Assembly: GCA_038123275.1 (NCBI GenBank)
Contig: JAYORG010000002.1
Coordinates: forward strand, 10,083 to 74,082
Source of the DNA: Rickettsiales bacterium
GTDB taxonomy: Bacteria > Pseudomonadota > Alphaproteobacteria > Rickettsiales > UBA1997
Direction of reading: 5' to 3'
DNA: 64,000 bases
Part shown: in pieces, positions 29,204-39,559 of the stretch
Numbering within the stretch: the first letter of the stretch is position 1
Layout of the letters: each line of letters opens with the position of its first letter
Translations under genes and position numbers: made by a program
The notes under the pieces: generated by a model
What the model saw: the letters and a program-made list of their open reading frames with translations, nothing else
What the model was told of the DNA's origin: nothing
Database searches by the model: none

Positions 29204-29863
29204 ATGAAATTTTTTATTGATTCTGCTGATATTAAAGAAATTAAAGAATTAAATCAATATGGTTTAGTTGATGGTGTAACTACAAACCCATCAATAATTG
29301 CTAAATCGGGTCGTGATTTTTTAGAAGTAATTAAAGAGATTTGTGGTATAGTTTCTGGACCAGTTAGTGCTGAAGTAGCTGCAACTGACTATAAAAACAT
29401 GGTTAAGGAAGGTGAGTTTTTAAGTAAAATTGCAGATAATGTTTGTATAAAATTACCTTTAACAATGGATGGATTAAAGGCTTGTAATTATTTTTCTTCT
29501 AAGGGTATTAAAACTAATGTAACTTTATGTTTTTCAGCATCTCAAGCTATATTAGCAGCTAAAGCAGGGGCTACATTTGTTTCTCCTTTTGTTGGTAGGC
29601 TGGATGATATTGGACAAGATGGTTTGGAATTAATTGCAGAAATTTGTGAAATTTATGCTAATTATCCAGAGTTTAAAACAAAAGTTTTGGTGGCTTCTAT
29701 TAGAAACCCAATTCATATTACTACTTCTTCTAAAATAGGGGCTGATGTTGCCACTATCCCTGGTAAAGTATTTAAACAGCTAGCCTCACATCCTTTAACT
29801 GATAAAGGTTTAGAAACTTTTGTTAAAGATTGGAAATCTACAGGTCAAAAAATTATTAAATAG
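29204..29863 (+). CDS. tal: transaldolase, short (fructose-6-phosphate aldolase-type) form
   Basis: 219 aa; [43 protein letters not shown]. Confidence 0.9.
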   Translation: MKFFIDSADIKEIKELNQYGLVDGVTTNPSIIAKSGRDFLEVIKEICGIVSGPVSAEVAATDYKNMVKEGEFLSKIADNVCIKLPLTMDGLKACNYFSSKGIKTNVTLCFSASQAILAAKAGATFVSPFVGRLDDIGQDGLELIAEICEIYANYPEFKTKVLVASIRNPIHITTSSKIGADVATIPGKVFKQLASHPLTDKGLETFVKDWKSTGQKIIK

Positions 29864-29872
29864 TTTATACAG

Positions 29873-30640
29873 ATGAAGAAAATTGGTTGGTACGATGTCA
29901 AAACCAAGTTTAAGCATGTAATCAGAAGTATCTTGTATTCAGTTTTTTTTCAAAAATTAATATGTCTATTAATTTGTAACTATATGAGGTTAGTGATAAT
30001 AACTAGCAAAAAGACTTTTTACAATTTGGAATATGTTAATGAGTTAATTAAAAATGGTAATTCTTTCATTGCTGCTACCTGGCATAATAGAATATCAATG
30101 ACACCATTTGTTTTTTCCAAATCATACAAAATTAATAAAGATTACATATTTAGTGCTTTAACTTCAAGTCATGGAGATGGTAAGATTGTTGGTAAGATTA
30201 TAGAATATTTTGGTTTAACAGTTATTTCTGGTTCAACTAGAAAAGAGAGGGATCCAAGCAAAGGAATAGCAGTTTCAAATTTTCGTAAAATATTTAAGAT
30301 ATTAAAAAATAGTGCAGTTTTATGTATTACTCCGGATGGCCCAAGAGGTCCTAAATTTAAAGTTAGTGGTCAAGTAGCAGCAATTGCTAAAATTGCTAAA
30401 GTACCAATAGTTCCAGTATCATTTGGAATTTCCAGAAGAAAGGTTTTTAATAGTTGGGATAGATTTGTATTTCCTTTACCATTTTCTAAAATTGCTTTTT
30501 ATTATGGCAAGCCAATTTATGTTGATAAAAATACTAGTGATAAAGATTTAGAAAAAATTAACAAAAAGATAGAAAAGAGCATAAGTCTTGCCTGTCAAAA
30601 ATCAGATGAATTAGTCGGTGCCACTCCAATTATAGATTAA
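29873..30640 (+). CDS. DUF374 (lysophospholipid acyltransferase-like) protein
   Basis: 255 aa; ATWHNR, SSHGDGKIVG, ISGSTRKER, ITPDGPRGP, VPIVPVS. Confidence 0.7.
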   Translation: MKKIGWYDVKTKFKHVIRSILYSVFFQKLICLLICNYMRLVIITSKKTFYNLEYVNELIKNGNSFIAATWHNRISMTPFVFSKSYKINKDYIFSALTSSHGDGKIVGKIIEYFGLTVISGSTRKERDPSKGIAVSNFRKIFKILKNSAVLCITPDGPRGPKFKVSGQVAAIAKIAKVPIVPVSFGISRRKVFNSWDRFVFPLPFSKIAFYYGKPIYVDKNTSDKDLEKINKKIEKSISLACQKSDELVGATPIID

Positions 30641-30675
30641 TCCTTTACTAACACTTAAAAATATGATATAATATT

Positions 30676-31068
30676 ATGATTGTAAATAACATGCTATTAG
30701 TTGCCCTTGGGGGAGCTTTTGGAACGTCACTGCGTTATTTGATTGGCGTATTAACATTAAGCTTAAGTAAGGGTCATGCTTTTCCAGTAACAACAATTGG
30801 TGTTAATATTCTAGGATCTTTTTTGGTTGGAATACTACATTTTGTTTTTGTTAATTATATGGATGGTATAAGTTTGAATATTAGATTGGTTTTGGTTACA
30901 GGGTTTTTGGCTGGCTTCACTACTTTTTCAACCTTTTCCTTAGATGCATTCAGGCTTTTACAAGCTGGACAAATTGGTATTGCAGCTTCTTATGTTATTT
31001 TATCAGTTATTTTATCAATTTTAGCAATATTTTTAGGATTTTATTTAAGTTCTATAATTGCTAGTTAA
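30676..31068 (+). CDS. crcB: fluoride ion channel CrcB
   Basis: 130 aa; 4 TM; GGAFGTSLRY, VNILGSFLVG, GFLAGFTTFSTFS. Confidence 0.85.
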   Translation: MIVNNMLLVALGGAFGTSLRYLIGVLTLSLSKGHAFPVTTIGVNILGSFLVGILHFVFVNYMDGISLNIRLVLVTGFLAGFTTFSTFSLDAFRLLQAGQIGIAASYVILSVILSILAIFLGFYLSSIIAS

Positions 31069-31083
31069 AATTATTAGTGGTGT

Positions 31084-32511
31084 ATGGCAGCAAAAGATGA
31101 AAGAAATAATATAGATCCAGAAGCTCAATTAGAAGAAATATTAATTAGGGCTATGAAAAATGGCGACCTAGGAGAGTTAGAAGGATTATTGGATTCAGAT
31201 AAGGTTAAAGGTAATCCGGTAATTTTTAATAAATTATTACAAAAATCTGAGGAATTAACACAAGATGGAAAGCTTAAACCTGGTGATAATCTTTTAAAGA
31301 TAAGAAAGTTAATGTCTAGCAGAGCTAAGGAATTGGTGGATGCTATGGATAGTAAAAATAACGATCTTAGTGACAAGGCTAAGAAGTCTCTAGAGTCTTT
31401 AAGAGGTACTTTAGATAAATTTAATGAAAAATCTGAGTTAATTAAGGAGCAAGTCCAATCAAAAAAATCTTCTAGCTCCAAGCCAAAGCGTGAAGAAAAA
31501 AGAAGCCAAGGAGCTAAAGAAATAACAAAAAATGAAAAATTTCTTCAGGCTGTTAAAGATGGTAAAGTTGGTGAGGCAGCAAAATTATTAGGTGAGGGTG
31601 CTGATGTTAATTGTAGAGATAAAAATGGAAAATCAGCATTGCAAATTGCCAATGATATGGGTCATGAGGAGATGGCTGATTATTTAACTAGTATTACATC
31701 TCAAAATGCAGCTCCCAAATGGTCTGGCATAAGAATGATGGGTGAATCAAAATCTAGTCAAGGTGGTGTAAATTTAATTGGTTCAGCAAGTCAGCGTCAA
31801 AGTATAATTGATGCGCAGCTAGAAAAACAATCTTTAATGGCTCAAAAGGCTCAAGATACAAAGGAAATAATGGATCGATTAGAGATGGAATATCAAGAAG
31901 GCCTAAAAAAGATGAGTCATTTTAAACCAGGAGAAGTTAAAAATGATTGGGTATATGGTCAAAATTTGGAAGAAAATAATGAGTTTTCATACTATAATCC
32001 ATACACAGAGGAAGTAGATACAATTACAATAGATCAAGATGTTGCAGAGGTGGTAAATTTATTAAATGATTTACCAGAATCTAAAAAAGAAGAAGCTTTA
32101 TCAAGTATATCTGGTGATGTTCATAATCAAGGTGAAAAAATTTGTAGTCAATTTCTTGCTCAAGCTATTAGAGAGGGCAATGTAACATTAATTGCTGCCA
32201 TAATGGCACAGCCTGATTTTGATGTTAATCAAAGTAGCGGTAGTTATAGCCTATATCAAATTGCTAAATCTTCGGGTAATGAATTTATTCTATCTTTGTT
32301 AGAATCCAAGGGTGCTAGAACACAAGAGCATAATTCTGTTAGTAATAAAGATGCAAAAATAGATAGTGAATTATCTCCATCTCTTGAAAATGATAAAGTT
32401 AAAGAAGTTCCCAAGGTTAATATTGATCCTGATCCAGGAACTAAAATTATTCCTATTAGCAATGAGACTTTAGCAGAAAGACAGCATAATTCTAGTAGGG
32501 GTGGTAATTAG
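31084..32511 (+). CDS. ankyrin-repeat protein (candidate host-directed effector)
   Basis: 475 aa, no signal peptide; ANK units FLQAVKDGKVGEAAKLLGEGADVNCRDKNGKSALQIANDMGHEEMADYL and AIREGNVTLIAAIMAQPDFDVNQ...YQIAKSSGNEFILSLLESKGA; charged coiled regions. Confidence 0.6.
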   Translation: MAAKDERNNIDPEAQLEEILIRAMKNGDLGELEGLLDSDKVKGNPVIFNKLLQKSEELTQDGKLKPGDNLLKIRKLMSSRAKELVDAMDSKNNDLSDKAKKSLESLRGTLDKFNEKSELIKEQVQSKKSSSSKPKREEKRSQGAKEITKNEKFLQAVKDGKVGEAAKLLGEGADVNCRDKNGKSALQIANDMGHEEMADYLTSITSQNAAPKWSGIRMMGESKSSQGGVNLIGSASQRQSIIDAQLEKQSLMAQKAQDTKEIMDRLEMEYQEGLKKMSHFKPGEVKNDWVYGQNLEENNEFSYYNPYTEEVDTITIDQDVAEVVNLLNDLPESKKEEALSSISGDVHNQGEKICSQFLAQAIREGNVTLIAAIMAQPDFDVNQSSGSYSLYQIAKSSGNEFILSLLESKGARTQEHNSVSNKDAKIDSELSPSLENDKVKEVPKVNIDPDPGTKIIPISNETLAERQHNSSRGGN

Positions 32512-32532
32512 ACTATTTAAAAATGATCTATT

Positions 32533-33698
<1,166 letters not shown>

Positions 33699-33719
33699 AA
33701 TGAAAGAGCGAATGCAAAC

Positions 33720-33739
33720 TATCAACAAGTGCGTTGATA
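33720..33739 (-). terminator. hairpin just after the ndk stop (weak terminator candidate)
   Basis: TATCAAC / GTTGATA 7-bp stem with 6-nt loop, 4 nt from the ndk stop; no clear U-tract. Confidence 0.25.
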
Positions 33740-33742
33740 ATT

Positions 33743-34168
33743 CTAATTATCTAAAATTTCATACCCAGCAAAGAAATAAGCAATTTCTATTTTGGCATTT
33801 TCTTTACTATCTGATCCATGAGCTGAATTAGCTTCGATAGACTGTGCAAAATCTTTTCTGATAGTGCCCACATTGGCTTCTTCAGGGTTGGTAGCACCCA
33901 TTACTTCACGGTTTTTTAAAACGGCATTTTCACCTTTTAAAACCTGAACTACCACAGGTCCAGAGGTCATAAATTTAACTAAACTATTAAAAAATGGTCT
34001 TTCTTTATGAACTTCATAAAAAGTTTCTGCCATATTTTGAGTTAATTGAATTCTTTTTTGAGCAACAATTTCTAGGCCAGCCTTTTCAAGGTAGCTGTTA
34101 ATTTTGCCGGTTAAATTTCTTTTAGTTGCATCTGGTTTGATAATTGAAAAAGTATATTCTATAGCCAT
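33743..34168 (-). CDS. ndk: nucleoside-diphosphate kinase
   Basis: 141 aa; [19 protein letters not shown]-like [10 protein letters not shown], active-site NSAHGSDS. Confidence 0.95.
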   Translation of the reverse strand: MAIEYTFSIIKPDATKRNLTGKINSYLEKAGLEIVAQKRIQLTQNMAETFYEVHKERPFFNSLVKFMTSGPVVVQVLKGENAVLKNREVMGATNPEEANVGTIRKDFAQSIEANSAHGSDSKENAKIEIAYFFAGYEILDN

Positions 34169-34242
34169 TTTTAAGTGTGTTAACTGGTTAATATTTTAAA
34201 AAGAGAGGTTATATAAAGTTAAGAAGCTATCTTTGTCAAGCT

Positions 34243-35262
34243 TTAATAGCATTCATATTCAACAGGTTCCCATTGGCCATTTAGGCCACATTTTCTTCTA
34301 GGGTAAAGAAAATTATCTGGATTATCACTATAACATCCATACTCACTACAATCAATATTGCCTTGCGTGGTTTCGCCATAATATGCTGCTGGAAATTCAA
34401 TTTCTTCTCCAGAACAGCTATCATTATAAGATGATGTTTCTTCAGGGCAAACAGTAATATTAAAGCCACCAATTTCTTGAACTAATGTCTCTCTGGTATT
34501 GTAAGCTATTAAATCATCAAAGTCACTACCTCCAGAATTGACAACAAAGACATTATCAAATATATCGCCACCAGATACTCCAGTTGGTGCGTTATTTTCT
34601 TCATCTGTATCACTACTTGAGCCATTTTGAGTTGAGCCGCTATTAATATTAAAGGCTCTATAGCCATTTGATCCATGACTAATAAGTGCATAGGTAGCAA
34701 CAGTAGTAATGCTTGAACCAGGTTGACCAGATATTGTTTCTTGAATTGTAATAGGATCTACGCTAGATGTAGCATCCATATTTGTTCCTTCAAATCCTGA
34801 TGCACCACCGCTGGCAAAAACTTCTGTTAATTGTTTAGGAACTACATAAGAAAATTTATTATCAAATCCATCTCCTAAATATTCTAGGTTAAGACCTAAA
34901 GCTTTAACAGGAACTGCGCCATAAACTAGGCCCTCATTAGCATTACTATTTGTTGAGGTTAGTACACCAGTTGCAGTACAATCTCCAGCACTTCCAGCTT
35001 CTGCTCCATAGGTAGAATCAGTTGTGATATCATGTAAAGATGCTGGGCAGGGTAATCTTTTATAGGTGTAAACAAAAACATTTAAGGCTTTTTGAATGAC
35101 TGCCATTTTATCTTTAGTAGATTTAGCTTTGGCATTTTTAAGGGCGCTTGTAGAAGCTGTTACAGCTCCAGAAATTATAACTGAAATAATAGCTAAAACA
35201 ATGGATAATTCAATTAAGCTAAATGCTGATTTTCTGGTTTTTGTGATGGTATTGATAGTCAT
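34243..35262 (-). CDS. large type IV pilin-like protein, paralog 1 (prepilin-type N-terminus, Cys-rich C-terminal module)
   Basis: 339 aa; basic leader MTINTITKTRKSA then FSLIELSIVLAIISVIISG (Phe+1, Glu+5, hydrophobic helix); conserved RLPCPASLHDITTD; 8 Cys; C-terminal RKCGLNGQWEPVEYEC. Confidence 0.7.
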   Translation of the reverse strand: MTINTITKTRKSAFSLIELSIVLAIISVIISGAVTASTSALKNAKAKSTKDKMAVIQKALNVFVYTYKRLPCPASLHDITTDSTYGAEAGSAGDCTATGVLTSTNSNANEGLVYGAVPVKALGLNLEYLGDGFDNKFSYVVPKQLTEVFASGGASGFEGTNMDATSSVDPITIQETISGQPGSSITTVATYALISHGSNGYRAFNINSGSTQNGSSSDTDEENNAPTGVSGGDIFDNVFVVNSGGSDFDDLIAYNTRETLVQEIGGFNITVCPEETSSYNDSCSGEEIEFPAAYYGETTQGNIDCSEYGCYSDNPDNFLYPRRKCGLNGQWEPVEYECY

Positions 35263-35336
35263 TAGATTTAGTAGGTTTTTTTAATTCATCTTTGCTTTGA
35301 AGTTTTAAGCATAGTTCACATACAAAGCTTCGCATC

Positions 35337-35365
35337 ATTTATGCTGTTATTTATGCTTTTGTCAA
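35337..35365 (-). promoter_or_regulatory. candidate promoter for pilin-like paralog 1
   Basis: Minus strand: TTGACA (35365-35360), 17-nt spacer, ATAAAT (35342-35337), within the 131-bp spacer between paralogs 2 and 1. Confidence 0.25.
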
Positions 35366-35393
35366 GAATTATTAGATATTGTTTGTTGATTAT

Positions 35394-36401
35394 CTAGATG
35401 CACCCATCTATAGCAGATTCCCATTGACCATTTAGGCCACATTTTCTAGTAGCAGTGCCACTTGAACATCCAGCTATTGATGCACAAGTTTCATTGCTAT
35501 TTACATTTGTAGTTCCATCGTAGTATCTTGCCGGAAATGTTAATCCATTACCTGAAGTTAAGCATCCTGGGCTAAAGTCAGAAGTTTCTGTTGTGCAAAC
35601 GGTTGTGCTAAAACCTCCAATATCTTTGACTATGAGTTCTCTGGTGCTGTAAACTACAATATCATCAAAACCAGAATCATTAGAACTTGTAATAAAAGTT
35701 TTGTCAAATATGTCACCGCCAGATACTCCAGTTGGTGAATTATCCTCTTCATCTGTACTGGTAGAAGATCCATTTTGAATGGATCCACTATTAATATTAA
35801 AAGCTCTAAAACCATTTGGTCCATGACTTAAAACAACATAGGCACCAATAAGAGTTGTAATAGTTCCAGTAGATCTTATTTCTATGGGATCTAAATTAAC
35901 AGTATCAGACATGTCTGCCCCCTCAAAGCCTACAGCACCACCATTAACAAAAGTTTCGGTTAGTTGTTGAGGTACTATATAGGAAAATTTATTATCAAAT
36001 GCATCTCCCATGAGCTCAATATCTAGACCCAGATCTTTAACAGGAACTGCTCCATAAATTAGGCCATCATTAGCGGCTGTATTTGTTGAAGTTAAAGCTC
36101 CAGTAGCAGTACAAGTCCCAGATGTTCCTGCTTCTGTTCCATATGCAGTATCGGTTGTTATATCATGCAAAGATGCTGGGCAGGGTAGCCTTTTATTGTT
36201 ATACACAAAAATATGTAAAGCATGTTGGATGGTTTTTATTCTATCTTTTGTTATTTTAATTTTAGCATTTTTGATGTTATTTGTAGACACACTAATATAT
36301 CCAGAAATAATAATGGCAATAATGGCCATTATAACTGATAATTCAATAAAGCTAAATGCTGATTTTTTCCTTTTTTGAATTTTATTGCTGTTATTTAGCA
36401 T
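35394..36401 (-). CDS. large type IV pilin-like protein, paralog 2
   Basis: 335 aa; leader ...KRKKSA then FSFIELSVIMAIIAIIISG; same RLPCPASLHDITTD core; C-terminal RKCGLNGQWESAIDGC. Confidence 0.7.
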   Translation of the reverse strand: MLNNSNKIQKRKKSAFSFIELSVIMAIIAIIISGYISVSTNNIKNAKIKITKDRIKTIQHALHIFVYNNKRLPCPASLHDITTDTAYGTEAGTSGTCTATGALTSTNTAANDGLIYGAVPVKDLGLDIELMGDAFDNKFSYIVPQQLTETFVNGGAVGFEGADMSDTVNLDPIEIRSTGTITTLIGAYVVLSHGPNGFRAFNINSGSIQNGSSTSTDEEDNSPTGVSGGDIFDKTFITSSNDSGFDDIVVYSTRELIVKDIGGFSTTVCTTETSDFSPGCLTSGNGLTFPARYYDGTTNVNSNETCASIAGCSSGTATRKCGLNGQWESAIDGCI

Positions 36402-36416
36402 TTTATTAGATTTTAT

Positions 36417-37442
36417 TTAAGAACATCCATCTATTGCTGGTTCCCATTGGCCATTTAAGCCACATTTTCTAGTTGTAGTACCGCTTGAACACCCTGTAAT
36501 TGAGGCGCAAGTTTCGTTGCTACCTACATTTGTGGTTCCATCGTAATAGCTTACAGGAAATGTTAAACCACTACCTGAAGTAAGACATCCTGGACTAAAG
36601 TCAGAAGTTTCAGTGGTGCAAGCAGTAATGTTAAAGCCGCCAATTTCTCTAACAAGAGTTTCTCTAATATTGTAAACAACAATATCATCAAAATCAGCAC
36701 TTCCAGAGCTTTTGATAAATATATTGTCAAATATATCGCCACCAGATACTCCAGTTGGTGCATTATCTTCTTCATCTGTATCGCTACTTGAGCTATTTTG
36801 AGTTGAGCCGCTATTAATATTAAATGCTCTTAGGCCATCTGGTCCGTGACTTAGAACAACATAGACTGCATTTGTAGTGATGTTTGAGCCAGAAGATACA
36901 GTTTCTCTAATTGTAATAGGGTCAACATTAGCTGTATCAGTCATGTCTGTTCCTTCAAAGCCATCAGCTGAGCCAGAAACAAAAGCCTCTGTAACTTGTT
37001 GTGGTACTATGTAAGAGAACTTATTATCAAAGGCATCTCCTAGCATTTCAATATCTAAACCCAAAGCTTTTACAGGAACTGCGCCATAAACTAAGCCATC
37101 ATTAGCAGCTGTATTTGTTGAAGTTAAAATACCAGTAGCAGTGCAAGTCCCAGCCGTTCCAGCTTCTGTTCCATATGCTGTGTCGGTTGTTATATCATGC
37201 AATGATGCTGGGCAGGGCAATCTTTTATTAGTATATACAAAGACCCCTAAGGCTTTTTTGATAATTTCTATTCTTTCTTTTGTTGTTTTAATTTTGGCAT
37301 TTTTTATGGCACTTGTAGAAACTGTAATAGAGCTAGAAATTATAATAGCAATAATTGCTAAAACAATTGATAACTCAATTAAGCTAAATGCTGATTTGTT
37401 TCCCTTTTTTTTTGAGGTTTTATTAGACATTATTATTAGCAA
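36417..37442 (-). CDS. large type IV pilin-like protein, paralog 3
   Basis: 341 aa; leader ...KKGNKSA then FSLIELSIVLAIIAIIISS; mostly identical to paralog 2 by eye; only 15 nt upstream of paralog 2. Confidence 0.7.
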   Translation of the reverse strand: MLIIMSNKTSKKKGNKSAFSLIELSIVLAIIAIIISSSITVSTSAIKNAKIKTTKERIEIIKKALGVFVYTNKRLPCPASLHDITTDTAYGTEAGTAGTCTATGILTSTNTAANDGLVYGAVPVKALGLDIEMLGDAFDNKFSYIVPQQVTEAFVSGSADGFEGTDMTDTANVDPITIRETVSSGSNITTNAVYVVLSHGPDGLRAFNINSGSTQNSSSSDTDEEDNAPTGVSGGDIFDNIFIKSSGSADFDDIVVYNIRETLVREIGGFNITACTTETSDFSPGCLTSGSGLTFPVSYYDGTTNVGSNETCASITGCSSGTTTRKCGLNGQWEPAIDGCS

Positions 37443-37542
37443 ATTAACATTAGTTATTGATAAATGATAAAGCGCAAACTATTATTTAGTGTATCACATC
37501 AACAGCCTAATTACAAGATAAATTCACTAACTTTATAATAAA

Positions 37543-38175
37543 GTGTCACATAATAACATTATTGATATAAACTCTTATAAAAATAAAGGAAATAAAAAGA
37601 TGATAATTGTAATATCTTTAGCAGCTGCAATTTTTGCAATTTTTGCCTTCAATACAATATCTAATTATAATAAATATTTGGCTTTTGAAATAGAGGAATC
37701 TAATAATATTTCTTATGATATTGATGATGTAAAAGATGTTACCCCTTTGGAAATAATTAATAATATTGAAAAAGCTGAAAGAGAGGATAATCCAATTTTA
37801 ATTTATTTTTATACAAGTTGGTGCAGAGTTTGTAAGAAACAATTACCTATTATAAATGAAATTGCACGTAAATTTCAAAATACTGATTTAGAGGTTATTT
37901 TTGTGGCAATTGATAAGAATATTACGCAACAAAAAACAATTGATGGTTTACAAAGTATTAAGGATATTTATTTTCAACCTAAATATTTAAGTGATAGAAA
38001 TGGTTTTAAGGATCTTTTAAAGACTAAATCAATAAAATTTAGGAATAGAATACCATTTTCAGTAATAATTGGTAGAAATTCGCAAATTATTACCCAATTT
38101 AGTGGTTATAAAAATTTTAAATATTTTGATAATAGAATTATGAAAGCATTATTTAGGGAAGATGAGGATATATAA
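37543..38175 (+). CDS. membrane-anchored thioredoxin-fold protein (TlpA/ResA-like)
   Basis: 210 aa from GTG 37543 (ATG at 37600 preceded by aaagga may be the true start); TM MIIVISLAAAIFAIFAF; CxxC in FYTSWCRVCKKQLP; divergent from the pilin-like triplet. Confidence 0.6.
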   Translation: MSHNNIIDINSYKNKGNKKMIIVISLAAAIFAIFAFNTISNYNKYLAFEIEESNNISYDIDDVKDVTPLEIINNIEKAEREDNPILIYFYTSWCRVCKKQLPIINEIARKFQNTDLEVIFVAIDKNITQQKTIDGLQSIKDIYFQPKYLSDRNGFKDLLKTKSIKFRNRIPFSVIIGRNSQIITQFSGYKNFKYFDNRIMKALFREDEDI

Positions 38176-39556
38176 TAGTTTAAGTAAAGAAAAAGAAGAT
38201 TTTATTCCTTTAAATAAAGATAATGTTACTATCTATGTTTGTGGACCTACTGTTTATAGCTATCCACATCTTGGAAATGCTAGAAGTGTAGTAGTGTATG
38301 ATTTATTATTTCGTTTATTTAAGAGCATTTTTCCTAAGGTTACCTATGTTAGAAATATCACAGATGTTGATGATAAAATTAACATTGCCGCTAAAGAGAA
38401 GAAAATTTCCATTCAAAATTTAACTAAAGAATTTATCTCTATTTTTCATGAAGATATGGATAAGCTTCATGTTTTAAAACCAACTTTTGAACCAAGAGCT
38501 ACTGATAATATTAAGGAGATGATAGAGATGATCAAAACTTTAATTAAAAATGGTAATGCTTATGAGAATGAGGGTCATATTTTATTTGATGTTAAGAGTT
38601 TTAAGGATTATGGTAGGCTTTCTAATAGATCTTTAGATGATATGATTGCTGGGTCTCGTATTGAGCAGCAATCATATAAAAAGAATCCATTTGATTTTGT
38701 TTTATGGAAACCATCTTCTAATGATGATGATATTTCAGCAGTTTTTGATAGCCCTTGGGGCAAGGGTAGGCCAGGGTGGCATATTGAATGTTCGGCTATG
38801 AGTGATAAGTTTTTAGGTAAGGATTTTGATATTCATGGTGGTGGGGCAGATCTAAAATTTCCACATCACGACAATGAAATTGCTCAAAGTGTCTGTTCTA
38901 ATAAAGGGTCAAAACATGCACGTTATTGGGTGCATAATGGTTTTTTAACTGTTAATGGTGAAAAGATGAGCAAGTCTCTAGGTAATTTTATTACAGTGAG
39001 AGATCTTTTAAAAAAAGATATTGATGGGGTAGTTATTAGATATCTTTTGCTTTCTACCCATTATCGCAAGCCCCTTGATTTTAGTGACAATGCTTTGGAA
39101 GTTGCCCAAAAGGCTATTGATAAATTTTATGATATTATCGATGAGTTTAGAGATGAATTATTAAATGTAAAAGATAGTCAAAATAATTATTTAACACAGA
39201 TAAAAGAAGCTTTAAGTGATGATTTAAATTCTCCTATTGGCGTTTCTATTTTGCATAAAATAGTTAAAGATTTTAAAAAAGAGCAAGATCAAAATAATAA
39301 GCTAAAATTAGCTTGTAATTTACTTAATTGTTTAGATTTTATTGGTATTTATGATAAAAATTATCAAAAAGATTTGCAAAAAGATAATAATATTGAAGAA
39401 TCTTATATTTTAGAGCAGATTGAACTTAGAAAGCAGGCTAAAAAAGACAAAAATTGGCAATTATGTGATAAAATTAGGGATGATTTAATAGCTAAATTTA
39501 ATGTTATTTTAGAAGATAGCCCTGATGGTGAAGTGAAATGGAAAATTAAAAATTAA
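38162..39556 (+). CDS. cysS: cysteine--tRNA ligase
   Basis: 464 aa; YVCGPTVYSYPHLGNARS (HIGH), GWHIECS, KMSKSLGN; 14-nt overlap with the upstream thioredoxin-like gene. Confidence 0.95.
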   Translation: MRIYNSLSKEKEDFIPLNKDNVTIYVCGPTVYSYPHLGNARSVVVYDLLFRLFKSIFPKVTYVRNITDVDDKINIAAKEKKISIQNLTKEFISIFHEDMDKLHVLKPTFEPRATDNIKEMIEMIKTLIKNGNAYENEGHILFDVKSFKDYGRLSNRSLDDMIAGSRIEQQSYKKNPFDFVLWKPSSNDDDISAVFDSPWGKGRPGWHIECSAMSDKFLGKDFDIHGGGADLKFPHHDNEIAQSVCSNKGSKHARYWVHNGFLTVNGEKMSKSLGNFITVRDLLKKDIDGVVIRYLLLSTHYRKPLDFSDNALEVAQKAIDKFYDIIDEFRDELLNVKDSQNNYLTQIKEALSDDLNSPIGVSILHKIVKDFKKEQDQNNKLKLACNLLNCLDFIGIYDKNYQKDLQKDNNIEESYILEQIELRKQAKKDKNWQLCDKIRDDLIAKFNVILEDSPDGEVKWKIKN

Positions 39557-39559
39557 TAA

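Noticed and set aside
30641-30675. Possible fluoride riboswitch upstream of crcB
   Set aside because: Only 35 nt of spacer separate crcB from the DUF374 gene, which is too short for the fluoride (crcB motif) riboswitch. No conserved pseudoknot sequence is seen.
35096-37467. Three + strand ORFs (35096-35284, 36196-36378, 37141-37467) antisense to the 5' ends of the three pilin-like genes, recurring at the same relative position
   Set aside because: They mirror the hydrophobic N-terminal helix codons of the real genes and recur only because the sense genes are paralogs. There is no independent start context, and they are fully nested in better-supported CDSs.
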